This document shows, piece by piece, positions 40,405 through 56,937 of a stretch of 64,000 nucleotides of DNA. This stretch comes from Octopus vulgaris (Eukaryota). Position numbers and translations under genes: made by a program. The stretch spans positions 199,826,001-199,890,000 of the forward strand of contig OX597815.1 in assembly GCA_951406725.2 (NCBI GenBank), in the 5' to 3' direction. Within the stretch, counting starts at the first letter, position 1, and each line of letters starts with the position of its first letter. The notes beneath the pieces were generated by a model. The model worked only from the letters and a program-made list of their open reading frames with translations. It searched no databases and had not been told where the DNA came from.

Positions 40405-41280
40405 GAGGCGGCGATCTGACAGAATCGCTTGCACGCCGGATAAAATGCTTATCAGCATTTCATCCATCTTTACGTTCAAATCCTACCGTGCTCGACTTTG
40501 CCTTTCATCATTTCGGAGTTGATAAAATAAATACCAGTTGAGCACTGGGATCGATGTATTCGACTTTTCTCACTCCCCTAAAATTTCTGGCCTTATGCCA
40601 AAATTTGAAATCAATATCACATGATGTGTAAAGCAGTGACTAACAGAATCGTCAGCACGTCAGAAGGCGGCGAGCTGGCAGAAACGTTGGCACGCCGGGC
40701 GAAATGCTTAGCGGTCTTTCGTCTGCCGCTAGGTACTGAGTTCAAATTCCGCAGAGGTCGACTTCGCCTTTCATCCTTCTGGAGTCGATTAAATAAGTAC
40801 CAGTTACGCACTGGGGTAGATATTATCGACTTAATCCTTTTGTCTGTTCTTATTTGTCTCCTCTATGTTTAGCCCCTTGTGGGTAATAAAGAAATAGGTA
40901 TTTCGTTTGCCGCTATGTTCTGAGTTCAAATTCCGCCGAGGTCGACTTTGCCTTTCATCCTTTCGGGGTCGATTAAATAAGTACCAGTTACGCACTGGGG
41001 TCGATATTTTACGACTTAATCTGTTTTGTCTGTCCTTGTTTGTCCCCTCTGTGTTTAGCCCCTTGTGGGTAGTAAAGAAATAAGAATCGTCTGCACGTCA
41101 GGCGAAATACCTAGCGGCATTCCGTCCGTCTTTTTGTTTTGAGTTCAAATTCTACCGAGGTCGACTTTGCCTTCCATTTTCTTTCGGGTTCAAGAAATCA
41201 AGTACCGGTTGAGCACCAGAGCTGATTTAAATGAGTTAATCCTTTCCATACAATTATCTGTGTTGTGCCAAATTTTATAA
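40405..41280 (+). mobile_element. Nested cluster of family B SINEs: two older copies plus a young dimer at 40665-41083
   Basis: AATATYACATGATGTGT is duplicated near 40388 and 40613. AGAATCGTCWGCACGTCAG is duplicated near 40646 and 41084, around the young dimer. Confidence 0.88.
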
Positions 41281-41810
41281 GTATTATGACATGGCTTGAG
41301 GCTAAAGTTATTGACTGTTTGGAGGACGCAACAGCTTGTTTCTATAGCCTTCAGTCTATTAAAAAGAGTCGATCAATTTAGGGTATCTTAAGCGTGTCGG
41401 GAGAGAAAGCGTTCCGTGTTCGTTTCACATCCTTACGTTGTGCTGTGATACACTAAATCTGTAACCTGGTTTAATATCACCACCCGGTCCTTAAGTGACT
41501 TGGCCAAGGTCACTCGGATGTCAGTATTCAGGTCAGATGAATGAACTGAGGAAATCGTTCTCCCTTATTCCTACCAGTTCCAGAGGTTCTGCGAAAAACA
41601 TGCATATACACATATATGCACAAATACACAAATACACACACACACACATATATATATATTTATATATGCATATAAATAAGTATACACACACACTTATTTG
41701 TATATATATATATATATTATTTCTAAGTCTCTCAAAGAGAGACATTCAGTAATAGTTCTTTAAAGTAAATGATAATTGGCAACATAATGTGGTTGTCCTG
41801 AAAGGGACGA

Positions 41811-41888
41811 TGTTACTGTTGTTTTAGCCCCAAACAACAGATAGCCAGCTAGAAACGATGCTTCTTGGGGGCTAAAACAACAGCAACA
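41811..41888. repeat. 21-bp inverted repeat with 36-bp spacer
   Basis: TGTTACTGTTGTTTTAGCCCC versus GGGGCTAAAACAACAGCAACA, one mismatch. Confidence 0.8.
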
Positions 41889-41904
41889 CACACACACACA
41901 CATA

Positions 41905-42142
41905 GGGGGAGAATTCACACAAAAAAAAGACAAAAGACGAAGACAGGTGGTGTAGACAACAAACAGAAGTATTAGTATAACGCTCGGGAAGTGAAAACGT
42001 CTTTAACGTTTCGAGCCTACGCTCTTCCACAGAAAGGAACACAGAAAGAAACAAGGAGAGAAAATAAAGAATGTGTAGTGGCTAGCAATCTATCATGGCG
42101 AAGGCCAGACAGAAGGGTCACACAGGAGAGCTAGGGAGAAGT
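41905..42142 (-). mobile_element. Hammerhead-like short element, subfamily 1
   Basis: The reverse complement of 42001-42036 reads CTTT-CTGTGGAA-GAGC GTAG GCTC-GAAA-CGT-T-AAAG. It is flanked by (CA)n and (TA)n. Confidence 0.7.
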
Positions 42143-42177
<35 letters not shown>

Positions 42178-42274
42178 CATACACATATATACACACATAC
42201 ACATACACACATATACATACACACACACAAACATACACACTCACGCGCAGACATACACAGATGTACATAATTGA

Positions 42275-42372
<98 letters not shown>

Positions 42373-42462
42373 ATATATTTATGTACATATATATGCGTAC
42401 ACATATACATATACATAAATATATATGGAAATACAAACATACACACTCATAGTCACGTACAG

Positions 42463-42497
<35 letters not shown>

Positions 42498-42870
42498 TTC
42501 ACATGTATGTATTTGAAAATCTCTTAATTAATGACGCTAGTCAGTCGCTCGGTCGGCATTGCATTATGTTTAATAAGCAATCTAGCAGAGTCACACCGGA
42601 TCGTACAGGCACAGAGAGAATACCATCACTCCAGAAATGTCGGTGGAGAGATCGGGGTGAGGCAGGGTGGAATGTGTGAATAGCAGAATGGAATTCTGAA
42701 CAGGAAGAGGAGAATGAAACCTCTCAATGAAAGTGTTATGAAGTGATTGGATGAAAAGCTTTTGGCTGGCGCATAATAACGGGGATTGTATGGCCGTCTG
42801 CGTGTATATGAGTGCGTGTGTTTGTGTGCACGTGAGTGTTATTACTATCAATGGAAGTGCGTACAATCAA

Positions 42871-42926
<56 letters not shown>

Positions 42927-43030
42927 TCATGTCTATATGTATATATGTTTTGTGTGTACACATACACGTACGCACAACCAAATACACGTGCAATATGAAA
43001 ATCGATACTTACATAAATACATACATATAC

Positions 43031-43066
<36 letters not shown>

Positions 43067-43475
43067 ATAATTATATATATGTATATATATATATATATAA
43101 TTATATATATGTATATTTGTACGTATGTTTCGATGTACGATTGTGTATATATATGTGTGTGTGTATATATGTATATATGTGTGTATGTGTGTGAATGTGT
43201 GTGTTTATACTCATATATGTGTGTGTATGTGTGTTTGTACACGTACATACACACACGAGTAACCTAATACACTATTGCACTCACATCCACATCCTATAAT
43301 ACACGTGTACTATGAAAATCGATATATATATACATACATATATACATACATATATATATATACATGCGTATGTGTGTATAAGCTGAACGTGCGTATATTA
43401 TGTATGTATATTGATATGTACAATCAAACCACAGAAATTATATTCCCGACCATAGACACTGCATATATTTATATA

Positions 43476-43552
<77 letters not shown>

Positions 43553-43649
43553 ATGTTTGTGTATATATAATCTAGCATATAACGTTGTTTTCGCTAATGT
43601 AACACAAATGCATATATTTCTGATTCACTGTTATAGTAGCGGGAGTGGG

Positions 43650-45312
43650 TGGTGATGTGTTTGTGTGTGGCGGGGGGGTGGGTGCACTCTTTGGTGGTGG
43701 TGCTGGGTCTGGGGGCGGGAGGTGGGGCGGATGTCGGAGGTAAAGCCGCTGTTGGCCGTAGTGGTTGCAGCAACTGTGGTGGTGGTTGCGGTAGTGGTGG
43801 TGGTGTTGGTGGTGGTGGTGGTGGTGGTGGTGTTGGTGGTGGTGGTGGTGGTGGTGGTGGTGGTGGTGGTGTTGGTGGTGTTGGTGGTACCGTCGGATAT
43901 TGGTGAGAGCGGCCATGCTGTCGTTGGGGGTGGGTGTGTTATGTTTGTGCTAATGGCGGCGGCGATGGTGGTGGTGTTGGTGGTGGTGGCGGTGGTGGTT
44001 GGTGGCGGTGGTGGTGGTGGTGTTGGTGGTGGTTGGTGGTGGTGGTGGTGTTGGTGGTGGTGGTGGTGGTGGTTGGTGGTGGTGGTGGTTGGTGGTGGTG
44101 GTGGTGTTGGTGGTGGTGGTGGTGGTGGTGGTGGTGGTGGTGGTGGTGGTGGTGGTGGTGGTGGTGGTGGTGGTGGTGGTGTTGGTGGTACCGTCGGATA
44201 TTGGTGAGAGCGGCCATGCTGTCGTTGGGGGCGGGGGGGGGGGGGGGGAGGCTAATGTTTGTGCTAATGGCGGCGGCGGCGATGGTGGTGGTGGTGGTGG
44301 TGATGGCGGTGGCGGTGGAGGCGATGGTGGCGGTACTGGTGGTGACGTCGGGGGTGGGGGTGGGGGTGGTTGTTGTGATGGCGGACTCGGTTATTTGTGG
44401 TTTTAGTAATGGCGATAGTGCCGTGTGGATGTGGTGCTGGTGGTGATGATGGTGATGGTTGTGCTTGTAATAGGGATGTTAGTTGTGATGATGGCGGGGG
44501 TGATGGTGGTGGTGATGGTTGTGGTGGTGGTGGCGGCGGTGAATTTGGTAACGGCGGTGATGATGCTTATGGCGGAGATGGTGATGGCAGCGGTGGTGAT
44601 GGTGATGGTGATGGTGATGTCGATGGTGATCATGGTTGTGGTGGTGATGATGATGGTGATGATAATGCTCATGGTGGCGATGTGGCGGTGGTAGTGCTGA
44701 TGGTAGTTGTGGTGGTGGCGATGGTGGTGGTGGTGATGGTGGTGGTGGTGGTGGTAGTGCTGATGGTAGTTGTGGTGGTGGCGATGGTGGTGGTGGTGAT
44801 GGTGGTGGTGGTGGTGGTGATGGTGGTGGTGGTGATGCTGGTAGCGGTAGTACTGGTGGTAGTAGTGGTGATGGTAGTGGTGATGTTGTCGATGGTGGCG
44901 GTGGTGTGTTTTGGTGATGCCATTAGTGGCGATGTGGATGCTGATAATATATGTAATGGCGGTGGCGGGGGCGCTGCTGGTGGTATTGGCAGCAATTGTG
45001 ACTGTAGTGGTGTTGATGGTGGTGGTGGTCACGATATCGAAGTTTTAAATCAGTGGCGGCGGCGGCAGCAGTGGTGGTGGTGGTGGTGGTGGTTGCGGTG
45101 GTGATATTCATAAGAAGATTGATAGCATTTTTTTCTTCTGGTATATCATTGGTGTTGACAGGTAGGAATGGCACGGTAGGGGTGGTGGTGGTGATGGTGG
45201 TGGTGATGATGGTGGTGTTGTTGGTGGTGAAAGTGTTAAAGTTGATGGACGTGTAATGTTACGTTAGTGAAGACGGCAACGGTGGTGGTGATGGTGGTGG
45301 TGGTGGTGGTGT
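43650..45312. repeat. G-rich (GGT)n/(GAT)n low-complexity tract with internal tandem duplications
   Basis: GGTACCGTCGGATATTGGTGAGAGCGGCCATGCTGTCGTTGGGG occurs near 43886 and 44187. A ~63-bp unit is duplicated at 44690-44820. Confidence 0.92.
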
Positions 45313-45774
45313 TAATTTTGATTGAGGTTAGGGTTGAAGGAGAGAGAAACTGACGGAAGAAAAAGAATGAGAGAAACAGAGGAGGGAGGGGAGAGAGGAG
45401 AGAGGGAAAGAGTGGAGAGAAAGAAATAGAGGGGTGTGTGTGAGTAGAGAGTGTAAAGAGAGGATGAGGAGGAAGAGGAGGAAAAAGGGGATAGAGATTA
45501 GAGAGGAAGAATTCTGGAAAGTAAACGAGTTAGAGAGAGAGAAAGAGAGAGAGAGAGGGGAGAGAGAGGGAGAGGGAAGGGAAGGCGGGAGAAAGAGAGA
45601 AAGAGAGAAAGAAAAAGAGAAAGAATGAAGGTGAAGGAGATAGTGAGGGCTTGTACAATGAAATATGATGCACACAAACATAAACACACAAACATATATG
45701 TACACATATTTATATATATGCATACATACATATATATATACATATGTGTATGTATATGTGTATATATGTATATA

Positions 45775-45816
<42 letters not shown>

Positions 45817-45886
45817 TATGTATGTGTGTATATATATGCATACATATATACATATATACATAGTTATACATACATACATTCATATG

Positions 45887-45922
<36 letters not shown>

Positions 45923-46054
45923 TGTATGTATGTATGTATGTATGTATGTATGTATGTGTGTATATGTATATGAATGAACGAGCGAGAGAGAAGGAGGAGG
46001 CAATGGAGAGAATTTCAATGATAAAACAACACGAAGAAAACCACCACTCAAAAT

Positions 46055-46095
46055 ACCACCACCACCACCACCATCATCATCAACATCATTCTTAA

Positions 46096-46126
<31 letters not shown>

Positions 46127-46136
46127 GTCATCATCG

Positions 46137-46186
<50 letters not shown>

Positions 46187-46300
46187 GTCATCGTCATCGT
46201 CATCATCATCATCATCATCGTCATCGTCATCGTCATCATCATCATCATCATCATCATAATCATCATCGTCATCATCACGCCGCCACCGCCATCATCGTCA
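46055..46300. repeat. (CAT)n trinucleotide array
   Basis: Direct inspection. Confidence 0.95.
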
Positions 46301-46656
46301 TCAACAACAACAAGAACAATAACAACATGCAAATAAATTTAAACCAAATCGTCCAAAAATAAAGAAAGAGGGCAAAGAAATAAAATAAGAAAGGAAAGCA
46401 ACTATTGACCTTCCACCATTCCTTAACCCTTGCGTCACTGCATGTCACCCTGATTTAGAAAGGGGGGAGCGGGGAAGACAGGGGAAAAAGGGGGAGCAAG
46501 GAAAAGGAGAGCTGGCTTCCATCATCAACCGGAGCTTAAGAGTCTGATGTTAAAATGGCAGCGGTTGGTGTGTGCAATGGCCATGCCAGTGATTGTATGT
46601 GTGTGTTTGCTTGAGTGTTTGTATGTGTGTGTGTGTGTGTCAGCATGAGCATGATG

Positions 46657-46687
<31 letters not shown>

Positions 46688-46839
46688 CGTGTGAGTTTGT
46701 GTGTGTGTTTGTGTGCATATGGGTGCATGTGTATGCGTGCAAGCATTTTATTATATGTCCCTATGTGAGTATTGGTGTACTTGAGAATGTATATTATATG
46801 CATACATACATACATACATATATATATAATGTATATGTG

Positions 46840-48210
<1,371 letters not shown>

Positions 48211-48688
48211 TCATGTATACGTGTCTTATATGCATGTGAATATATATAACTATGCCTGTGTACATGTGGCTGGGCGCATGCACGTTTATGTGTATATATG
48301 CATGTTTATGTAAATATATATGTATTTGCTCTCCATGTTTATTTATAAGCATATATATATGTATTTACGAATGCATATACATGAGGTTTTGCGTGTATAT
48401 TTATGCTTACATTGCGTCTGCCCCGTTTTGCTTATATGCGTGCATACATGCGTATATGCGTTTGTGTGTGTAGATGTATACGTCAATCTATGTAAGTATG
48501 TATGTGTGTGTGTGTGGTCATAAACTTATGCGGACGTGTGTGCGTATATGCTTACATGTAAATGTGTGTGTGTGTGTGTGTGTGTGTATTTCATATATGT
48601 GTTTGTATGCGTGCGTCTATCGGCTTGCATGTGTGAGAGAGAATATGCAAAAATGATTGGAGCCTTAAAAATCAACACCACCACCACC

Positions 48689-48720
<32 letters not shown>

Positions 48721-49394
48721 CAACAACTCCACAAACACGAACACCGCTACCAATAACAACAACAATCTCAACCGCAACAATAACAACAACAATAAAACAG
48801 GTTTGGCAACCAATCAAATCTGAACAATGAATTAATGATATAAACTGCAATCTCCCCCCTTTCCCTTCCTCTCACCTTCACTCTTTCTCTTCTCTACCTC
48901 TCTCTCACACACACATACACACACACACACACATACACATACACACAAACGCACGCATGCACACACACACACACACTCTTTGCACGCATTTTGCTCTCTT
49001 GTGCCAGTATGCTTGTAGGTGCATGGTAGTATGTCTGTTTGCGTGGGTATGTACGTATATGATAGTGTATGTGTGAATGTGTGTGTATGTGTGTGTGTTT
49101 GTGTATGTGTGTGTTTGTGTGTGTGTGTGTGTGTTTCGGAAAATGAGAAGGGGCTATTATCGGATTATGACCAATCATACACACACACGCACACACACAC
49201 ACACACACACAGATAGAAGTGTGTGTGCGCATATAACATTGACTTTGGAATGATATAGGAATTACACAAGGGCGCAGAGTTTTGTGGCAGAGACCCACAA
49301 ACGTGATTTAGTTAAGTAGCTTCACACGAAATGTCAGGACACCAGAGTAACTTATAAGGTGTACTAAAAGCTGTACATGTGTATGTATGCGTAC

Positions 49395-49437
<43 letters not shown>

Positions 49438-49465
49438 TGTATATATCTATATATCTATCTATCTA

Positions 49466-49500
<35 letters not shown>

Positions 49501-49503
<3 letters not shown>

Positions 49504-49617
49504 CGTAGGAGTGGCTGTGTGGTTCCGGGTTCAGTCCTACTGCGTGGCACCTTGGACGAGTATCTTCTGCTATAGCCTCGATCCGATCAAAGCCTTGTGA
49601 GTGGATTTAGTAGATGA
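49501..49617 (+). mobile_element. SINE family A head fragment with internal deletion
   Basis: GGCGTAGGAGTGGCTGTGTGGTTCCGGGTTCAGTCC; the deletion falls between two TGGT microhomologies. Confidence 0.85.
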
Positions 49618-49790
49618 TCAGAAACCAATTGTTTTCATTTCCAAATTTATTTCTGTCGAATTTTATCCGTTATTTTTGTGGTTTACAGAACCTAGCTGTT
49701 CTATCTAGCGTGTTGAATTCCCTATAAGTGTATTCCTTATGTGTTTAAATATACACTATATCGTATGACTATATATATATATATATATAT

Positions 49791-49987
49791 AAAGTTAATC
49801 CAAACAAGAAAGCACAAAAAAAAAAGCACAACAACGCGAGGACGTGGAACAAATAAAGTATTATTGGACACTCAGGAAAGAAAGAAAGGAGGGTTTAACG
49901 TTTCGAGCGGAGCTCTTCGTCGGAAACATAGGAGAAGGAAAGATCCAGAGAAGGGAAGACAGAGGAAAACAAATCGCCAACGGTACT

Positions 49988-49992
<5 letters not shown>
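49791..49992 (-). mobile_element. Hammerhead-like short element, subfamily 2, in (TA)n
   Basis: The reverse complement of 49893-49927 reads GTTT-CCGACGAA-GAGC TCC GCTC-GAAA-CGT-T-AAAC. Close homolog of 62298-62481. Confidence 0.75.
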
Positions 49993-50070
<78 letters not shown>

Positions 50071-50274
50071 CATATAGACAAACGCTAATTTAAGATTTAA
50101 ATTCAGCTTTACCCTTTCGGTAAACTAAACAAGTTTATCTGTGTATTGGAAGACGAGAAACGGAGTTATGAAATTGAGGCTTTCTGCTAAATAAATATAA
50201 TTAGATACTCTATCTTAAGTGTTGAGTGCAGTCCTTTATGTTGAGTAAATTGAAGCCTTTGCATTCACAGGCTT

Positions 50275-50305
<31 letters not shown>

Positions 50306-50494
50306 TGTATATAAATTTGGTCCGTTTGTTTAAGTTCAACAAAAAAGTGTACTCCATCTAACGAGAGTAAATATTGTTTTTCATGACCAACTCACTTTTA
50401 GTAGCGTGGGCCATGATGTGAGGTGGTCATGAAAATCTCTCTGTCTCTGCCTGTCTGTCTGTCTCTCTCTCACTCTCTCTCTCTCTCTCTCTCT

Positions 50495-50569
<75 letters not shown>

Positions 50570-50714
50570 TATCATATAGACACATATAAAGAGTATATAT
50601 CTGGAATATAAGTATAATCGAATATATATGCTTATATGTATATATAATAATTATATATATATATATATTACATCATAGAACATAATATAAAAACCATATA
50701 TATATATATATATC

Positions 50715-51042
50715 GAAAACCCCCTTCGGTCTCGAATGACCATGGGATTGCACCAAGAAAGTTACCCTCCAGGAACAAGTCTGGGCAATGTTGTTTATGG
50801 AAGACCAGCAGTCGCCCATGCATACCGGCCTCCCCTTTCCACCCACCCCACCGACGTCATCCAAGCGAAAGGCAAAGGCCAATACAGCTCGGCACCTGTG
50901 ACGTCGCAACTCATTTCTACAGCTGAGTGAACTGGAGCAACGTGAAATAAAGTGTCTTGCTGAAGAACACAACACGCAGCCAGGTACGAGATTCGAAGTC
51001 ACAACCTGACGGTCGTAAGCTCAACGCTCTAACCATTGAGCC
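50715..51042 (-). mobile_element. SINE group C (CORE-type head plus distinct tail T4)
   Basis: The reverse complement has TGGCTCAATGGTTAGAGCG and TTCAGCAAGACACTTTATTTCACGTTGCTCCAG, then a tail not shared with other copies. Confidence 0.82.
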
Positions 51043-51059
51043 ATATATATATATATATA

Positions 51060-51263
51060 TTGAGCCTGATAGATCGTTAGCCACTACACACATGATTTTT
51101 TATTTCCTTGTTTCTCTCCTTGTTTTTTTCTGTGTCCCTTTCTGTAGAAGAGCGTAGGCTCGAAACGTAAAAGACTTTTTCTATTCCTGAGCGTTAAACT
51201 AATACATCTGTTTGTTTTGTATACCACCTGTCTCCGTCTTTTGTTTTTTTCGTGAACTCTCTC

Positions 51264-51268
<5 letters not shown>
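51060..51268 (+). mobile_element. Hammerhead-like short element, subfamily 1, in (TA)n
   Basis: 51138-51173 reads CTTT-CTGTAGAA-GAGC GTAG GCTC-GAAA-CGT-A-AAAG. Confidence 0.72.
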
Positions 51269-51325
<57 letters not shown>

Positions 51326-51789
51326 CGAGTAGATGAAACAGGGACAACTGAAGAAGGGAAATATTCTTTATGTTGTATGTCTCGTTTCTCTGTTTATTCC
51401 GTTGTTCGAAAAAAGTTCGTTTCTAAGTTTTTGCTTCTATGTTTTCGTTTCTCATTGTGTTCACCGTCTTTTTGATGTTCTGTACCCATATATGCACACA
51501 CACACACACACTCACATATATACACATATTTATATATTATTTATATTATTATATGATCGAACGCCACGCAACCTTTTCCAAGTAAGTTATATATATATAT
51601 ATACATATCAAATTAGAGATAAAACCACTATTAGTCAAATCAAACAGTGAAAAACATAAACCAAAACATAGAAATAAATTAATTAATACAATATACACAA
51701 TATATTAAATATAAAATTCAAAATTTAAATTATTTATATTTAAAGTTAACATTAAAAAATTTTTTTAAATTACTAATTTATACTTACAA

Positions 51790-51848
<59 letters not shown>

Positions 51849-51850
51849 CA

Positions 51851-51945
<95 letters not shown>

Positions 51946-52299
51946 AAAAGTAAATGCAACACACACACATGCATATCCGGCATATGTAAAAGCGCGTGCG
52001 CGCTTGTGTGAGTGTGCATTTAAATATATTACGTATTTAACACAAGCGGACATGTGTGTGGCGGGAGATAAACGACGCGATGTAAACGTACAGCTATCTT
52101 CTTCGCGTACTGTATTTGAAATTCATTTTCTTCCGTTCTAATTCTTTCGCATTTCACTAATGTAGAATTCCGTTAAATTTTTAATTACACTTTAAGCGAT
52201 TAATACTTCCTCTAACCTAGTTACGGTGTTCTTTGTGCAGATGATACGTGTATTGTTGGTAGATGTACACAAGTGTTATTCTTATCTTTCTCTTGTTCC

Positions 52300-52963
52300 A
52301 TTGATTAGATTGCAGCCGCACTAGAATACCACTTGAAAGAACTTTTTGGGGCGAATGAATCAAGCGTAGTAATTATTCTTTCGATATCATTTGCCAACCG
52401 CTAAGTCAAATGGACGTAAATACACCAGAACCGGTTGGCAAGTTTGGACGGACGGACACACACACACACACACACACGCATACACACACACACTATCTAT
52501 ATATCTATCTTTACGACGGGCTTCTTTCTGTTTCCTATTTTTTATTGCCCACAAGGGGCTAAACACAAAGGGGATAAACAAGGACAGACAAAGGGATTAA
52601 GTTCGATTACATCGATCCCAGTGCTAAGCAATTCGCCCGGCGTGCTAACGACTCTGCAAGCTTGTCGCCTTGGTTTTATGTATAATAATTATTTCAAATT
52701 TTTGCCACAAGGGCAGCTTGCGGGAGGTGGAGATAAATCGATTACATCGTCCCCAGTGTTCAAGTGGTAATTGTTTTATCGACCCCGAAAGGATGAAAGG
52801 CAAAGTCGACCACGGCGGAATTTGAACTCAGAACGTAAAGATACACGAAATACCGCAAGCGTTTCCGCTCAATAAATACTCACAATGCCCGATCTGGGAA
52901 TCGAAACCGCGATCCTACGACCGCGAGTCCACTGCCCTAAGCACTGGGCCATTACGCCTCCAC
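52300..52963 (-). mobile_element. Pile-up of SINE fragments: family A tail, family B (52536-52866) and group C head (52867-52963)
   Basis: Each segment matches the reverse complement of complete copies elsewhere in the window. Confidence 0.8.
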
Positions 52964-53239
52964 CGGCTCTTTCTATAATAATATACAATATAGCAGTACA
53001 TTTTCCTTTCAAATGTGTTTTTAGAATGATGTCGGTTACGTAGTAATTTAGTAGAGTTATAAAGGATTCGTACATGATGTTTTTGTCGTATATGTTCCGG
53101 CTCTTTGCAACCTGAGTTCAAATCCTGCCCAAGTAAAATAAGATATGAGTTTCACTTTAATTGGATCGATAAATAAACCATTCACGTAACATGAATTCTG
53201 TGTTCAAAATTTCTCTATTTAATTATATATATATAGATA

Positions 53240-53467
53240 TATATGTGTGTGTGTGTGTATGTTTGTGTGTCTGTGTTTGTCCCCCAACATCGCTTGACAA
53301 CTGATGTTGGCGTGCTTACGTCCCCGTAACGAAGCGGTTTGACCAAAGACTGATAGAACAAGTACAAGGCTTAGAAAGAATAAGTCCTGGGTTCGATTTG
53401 ATCGACTAAAGGCGGTGCTCCAGCATGGCCTCAGTTAAATGACTGAAACACGTAAAAGAATAAAAGA
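53240..53467 (+). mobile_element. SINE family A, 3' half
   Basis: Contains GACTAAAGGCGGTGCTCCAGCATGGCC...GACTGAAACACGTAAAAGAATAAAAGAA. Confidence 0.85.
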
Positions 53468-53472
53468 ATGCA

Positions 53473-53572
<100 letters not shown>

Positions 53573-53677
53573 AACCTCGGGCTTCTTTCAGTTTCTGTCT
53601 ACCAAATGCACTCTCATGGCTTGTGGTCGGCCCGATGTATATATATATATATATACAAGGAGAGAGAGAGAGAGAGA

Positions 53678-53731
<54 letters not shown>

Positions 53732-54252
53732 TACCAAACATTGCGATTAACAAACTACATTGGTGTAATATCCCATATTTATGTTTTCCTTTTACGCTAC
53801 CGTAGACACATTTGAAGGGAGTTTTTCTTGACTAATTACTCGCATAAACTCCCTTTATTAAAACCCTTATCGTATTTCTATTCAGTTCCCGAAACTAAAA
53901 ACTCTGCCCTGAGATTTTGTTCTCTTTCACTTATATTCTATGGTATTATATAAGATTGATAACGTGACGATGGTTCGTCCGGTGACCGACATTTTGCTGG
54001 TGATTCCGGTTGTGCTAGGTGTATTGGTGTTGGCGGTAGTTGTAATTGTGTTGGTACTAGTGATACAGTTGATGATGCTGGTAGCAGAGAGTTAAGAACG
54101 AGTGTGCAGTGTTGTATGACTGAATGTATGTCACCGGGTAAGAGTACATGTGTATGAATCATTTTAAGTGCGTAAGCATGCACAAATGAATGTATGAATA
54201 TATTTGTGTAGGGATATATGAATATATGCATGTAGCTATTAACGAATGCATA

Positions 54253-54387
<135 letters not shown>

Positions 54388-54492
54388 GTCTTTGATGTAT
54401 GCATATATACATTTATATATTCATACATGCATATATCTACGCATGTATGTATATCTCTATATGTGTGTCTATGTAAGCTGCGTACGGGTGTT

Positions 54493-54534
<42 letters not shown>

Positions 54535-54644
54535 AGTGTGTGTGTAGTTATCTATCTATCTATCAATCAATTTCCCTCTCTATCTCTATACATGTATATA
54601 TATGTGTGTATATATATATGTGTGTATATATATATGTGTGTATA

Positions 54645-54719
<75 letters not shown>

Positions 54720-54828
54720 TGAATATATGTATTTACGAATGTATGTGTATATGCATCCGCGAATGTGTAAACATTGTATATATTTTGAATATGCTTATAT
54801 ATACACACACACACATATATATATATAT

Positions 54829-54871
<43 letters not shown>

Positions 54872-54885
54872 CATACATAAATACA

Positions 54886-54943
<58 letters not shown>

Positions 54944-55214
54944 CATACATTTATATGTGCATACATATATATGTATGAATGTATACGTGTATGTTTGCAT
55001 GAACTTATATATCTGTGTATATATATGCGTCTTTGTCCTTTTGCCGCTATGTATGTATGTGTATATGTATGGATGTGTGTGTGTACGCGTGCATGTGAAA
55101 TAATGTGTATACATGTACATGTGTATGCTTATATATACATTCATAAAACACGCGTGTAATATATTTACCCGTTTCTAGGTTTATTTGCATATAACTGCAT
55201 GCGAATCTATATGC

Positions 55215-55275
<61 letters not shown>

Positions 55276-55799
55276 CAGGCATGCAAATAAGCATCGCACT
55301 GCACATTAATGTGCAAAAGTGTGACAGTGGGTATGGGTGCATACAATCGTGTAAATTTAAATACATGCGTGTGCATGTGTGTATATATATGAATGCGTGT
55401 ATATTTATGTCAATGCGTGCATTAGCGCGCATCGGTATTGACTAGTATGTTTGTATGAGTGATGGACTATATGTATATACGTGTGTTTATTTATTTGTGT
55501 GTGTGTGAGTGTGTGTGTGTGGTTGTGCATCGTTATTCGTGTACACCTCTGTGCGTATAATGGGTTGTTATGTGTGTATGTGGTGCGCGAGTGCGGTGTT
55601 GGTGGGTGGGGGGAGGCCGAGAAATCAAGGAGCCATCTTTAGAAGCAGCGATCAATAATACAGCGTTGTTTTTTTTGTTTTTATTTTTAAACTGCCAGCC
55701 CCCCCCCCACCACCACCAGCATCACCATCCACCACCGCCACCACTGACTTCTCTCAATACAGACACTAGGCAATTATAATAACAATGATAACAATAATA

Positions 55800-55841
<42 letters not shown>

Positions 55842-55921
55842 TGATGATGGTAGCGAAAAACAATATATAAATTATAGTAATAATAATCTTAATGAAGAAA
55901 ATGAAGAGCAAAAGAAAAACA

Positions 55922-56003
55922 AAGAAGAAGAAGAAGAAGAAGAAGAAGAAGAAGAAGAAGAAGAAGAAGAAGAAGAAGAAGAAGAAGAAGAAGAAGAAGA
56001 AGA
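55922..56003. repeat. (GAA)n array
   Basis: Direct inspection. Confidence 0.95.
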
Positions 56004-56146
56004 AATAATTACGCATCAAGTTATCAAAACAAAACAATGTCCCACCCAACCCACCATGTTCTTGTTTCCAATTGGAACTTGGAAGCCGAAGTCTTTTTCG
56101 ATCAAACGAAAAGATACATACATACATTCACCATACATATATATAT

Positions 56147-56196
<50 letters not shown>

Positions 56197-56269
56197 GTTT
56201 GTATGTATGTATGTATATACCAGAAGCAACAACAACAGAGAAACTATTTCCAATTATTCGGCCATGTTG

Positions 56270-56453
56270 CTTCTTTCTCTCCCTCTCTCTCTCTCCCTCT
56301 CTCCCTCTCATTTACATCATTTGTCCTTCTCTCCGTTTCTCTCCTTTCCTCAGTCTTACGCATCTACATTATCCATCATTCTCTTTTTATCAATGCCTTC
56401 TTTTCTATCATCCTCTTGTTCTGCTTATATACTCGATACAAATACTCTCTCTC

Positions 56454-56484
<31 letters not shown>

Positions 56485-56523
56485 AAGCCTTCCCTTTATC
56501 TCTGCCTACCACACATTGTTTCA

Positions 56524-56561
<38 letters not shown>

Positions 56562-56637
56562 CTCTCTCTCTACTTCTCTCTCTCTACTTCTCTCTCTCTC
56601 TCTACTTCTCTCTCTCTCTACTTCTCTCTCTCTCTCT

Positions 56638-56699
<62 letters not shown>

Positions 56700-56756
56700 C
56701 TCTGTCTCTACTTCTCTCTCTCTACTTCTCTCTCTCTCTACTTCTCTCTCTCTACT

Positions 56757-56788
<32 letters not shown>

Positions 56789-56792
56789 CTCT

Positions 56793-56861
<69 letters not shown>

Positions 56862-56902
56862 CTCTGTCTCTACTTCTCTCTCTCTACTTCTCTCTCTCTC
56901 TC

Positions 56903-56937
<35 letters not shown>

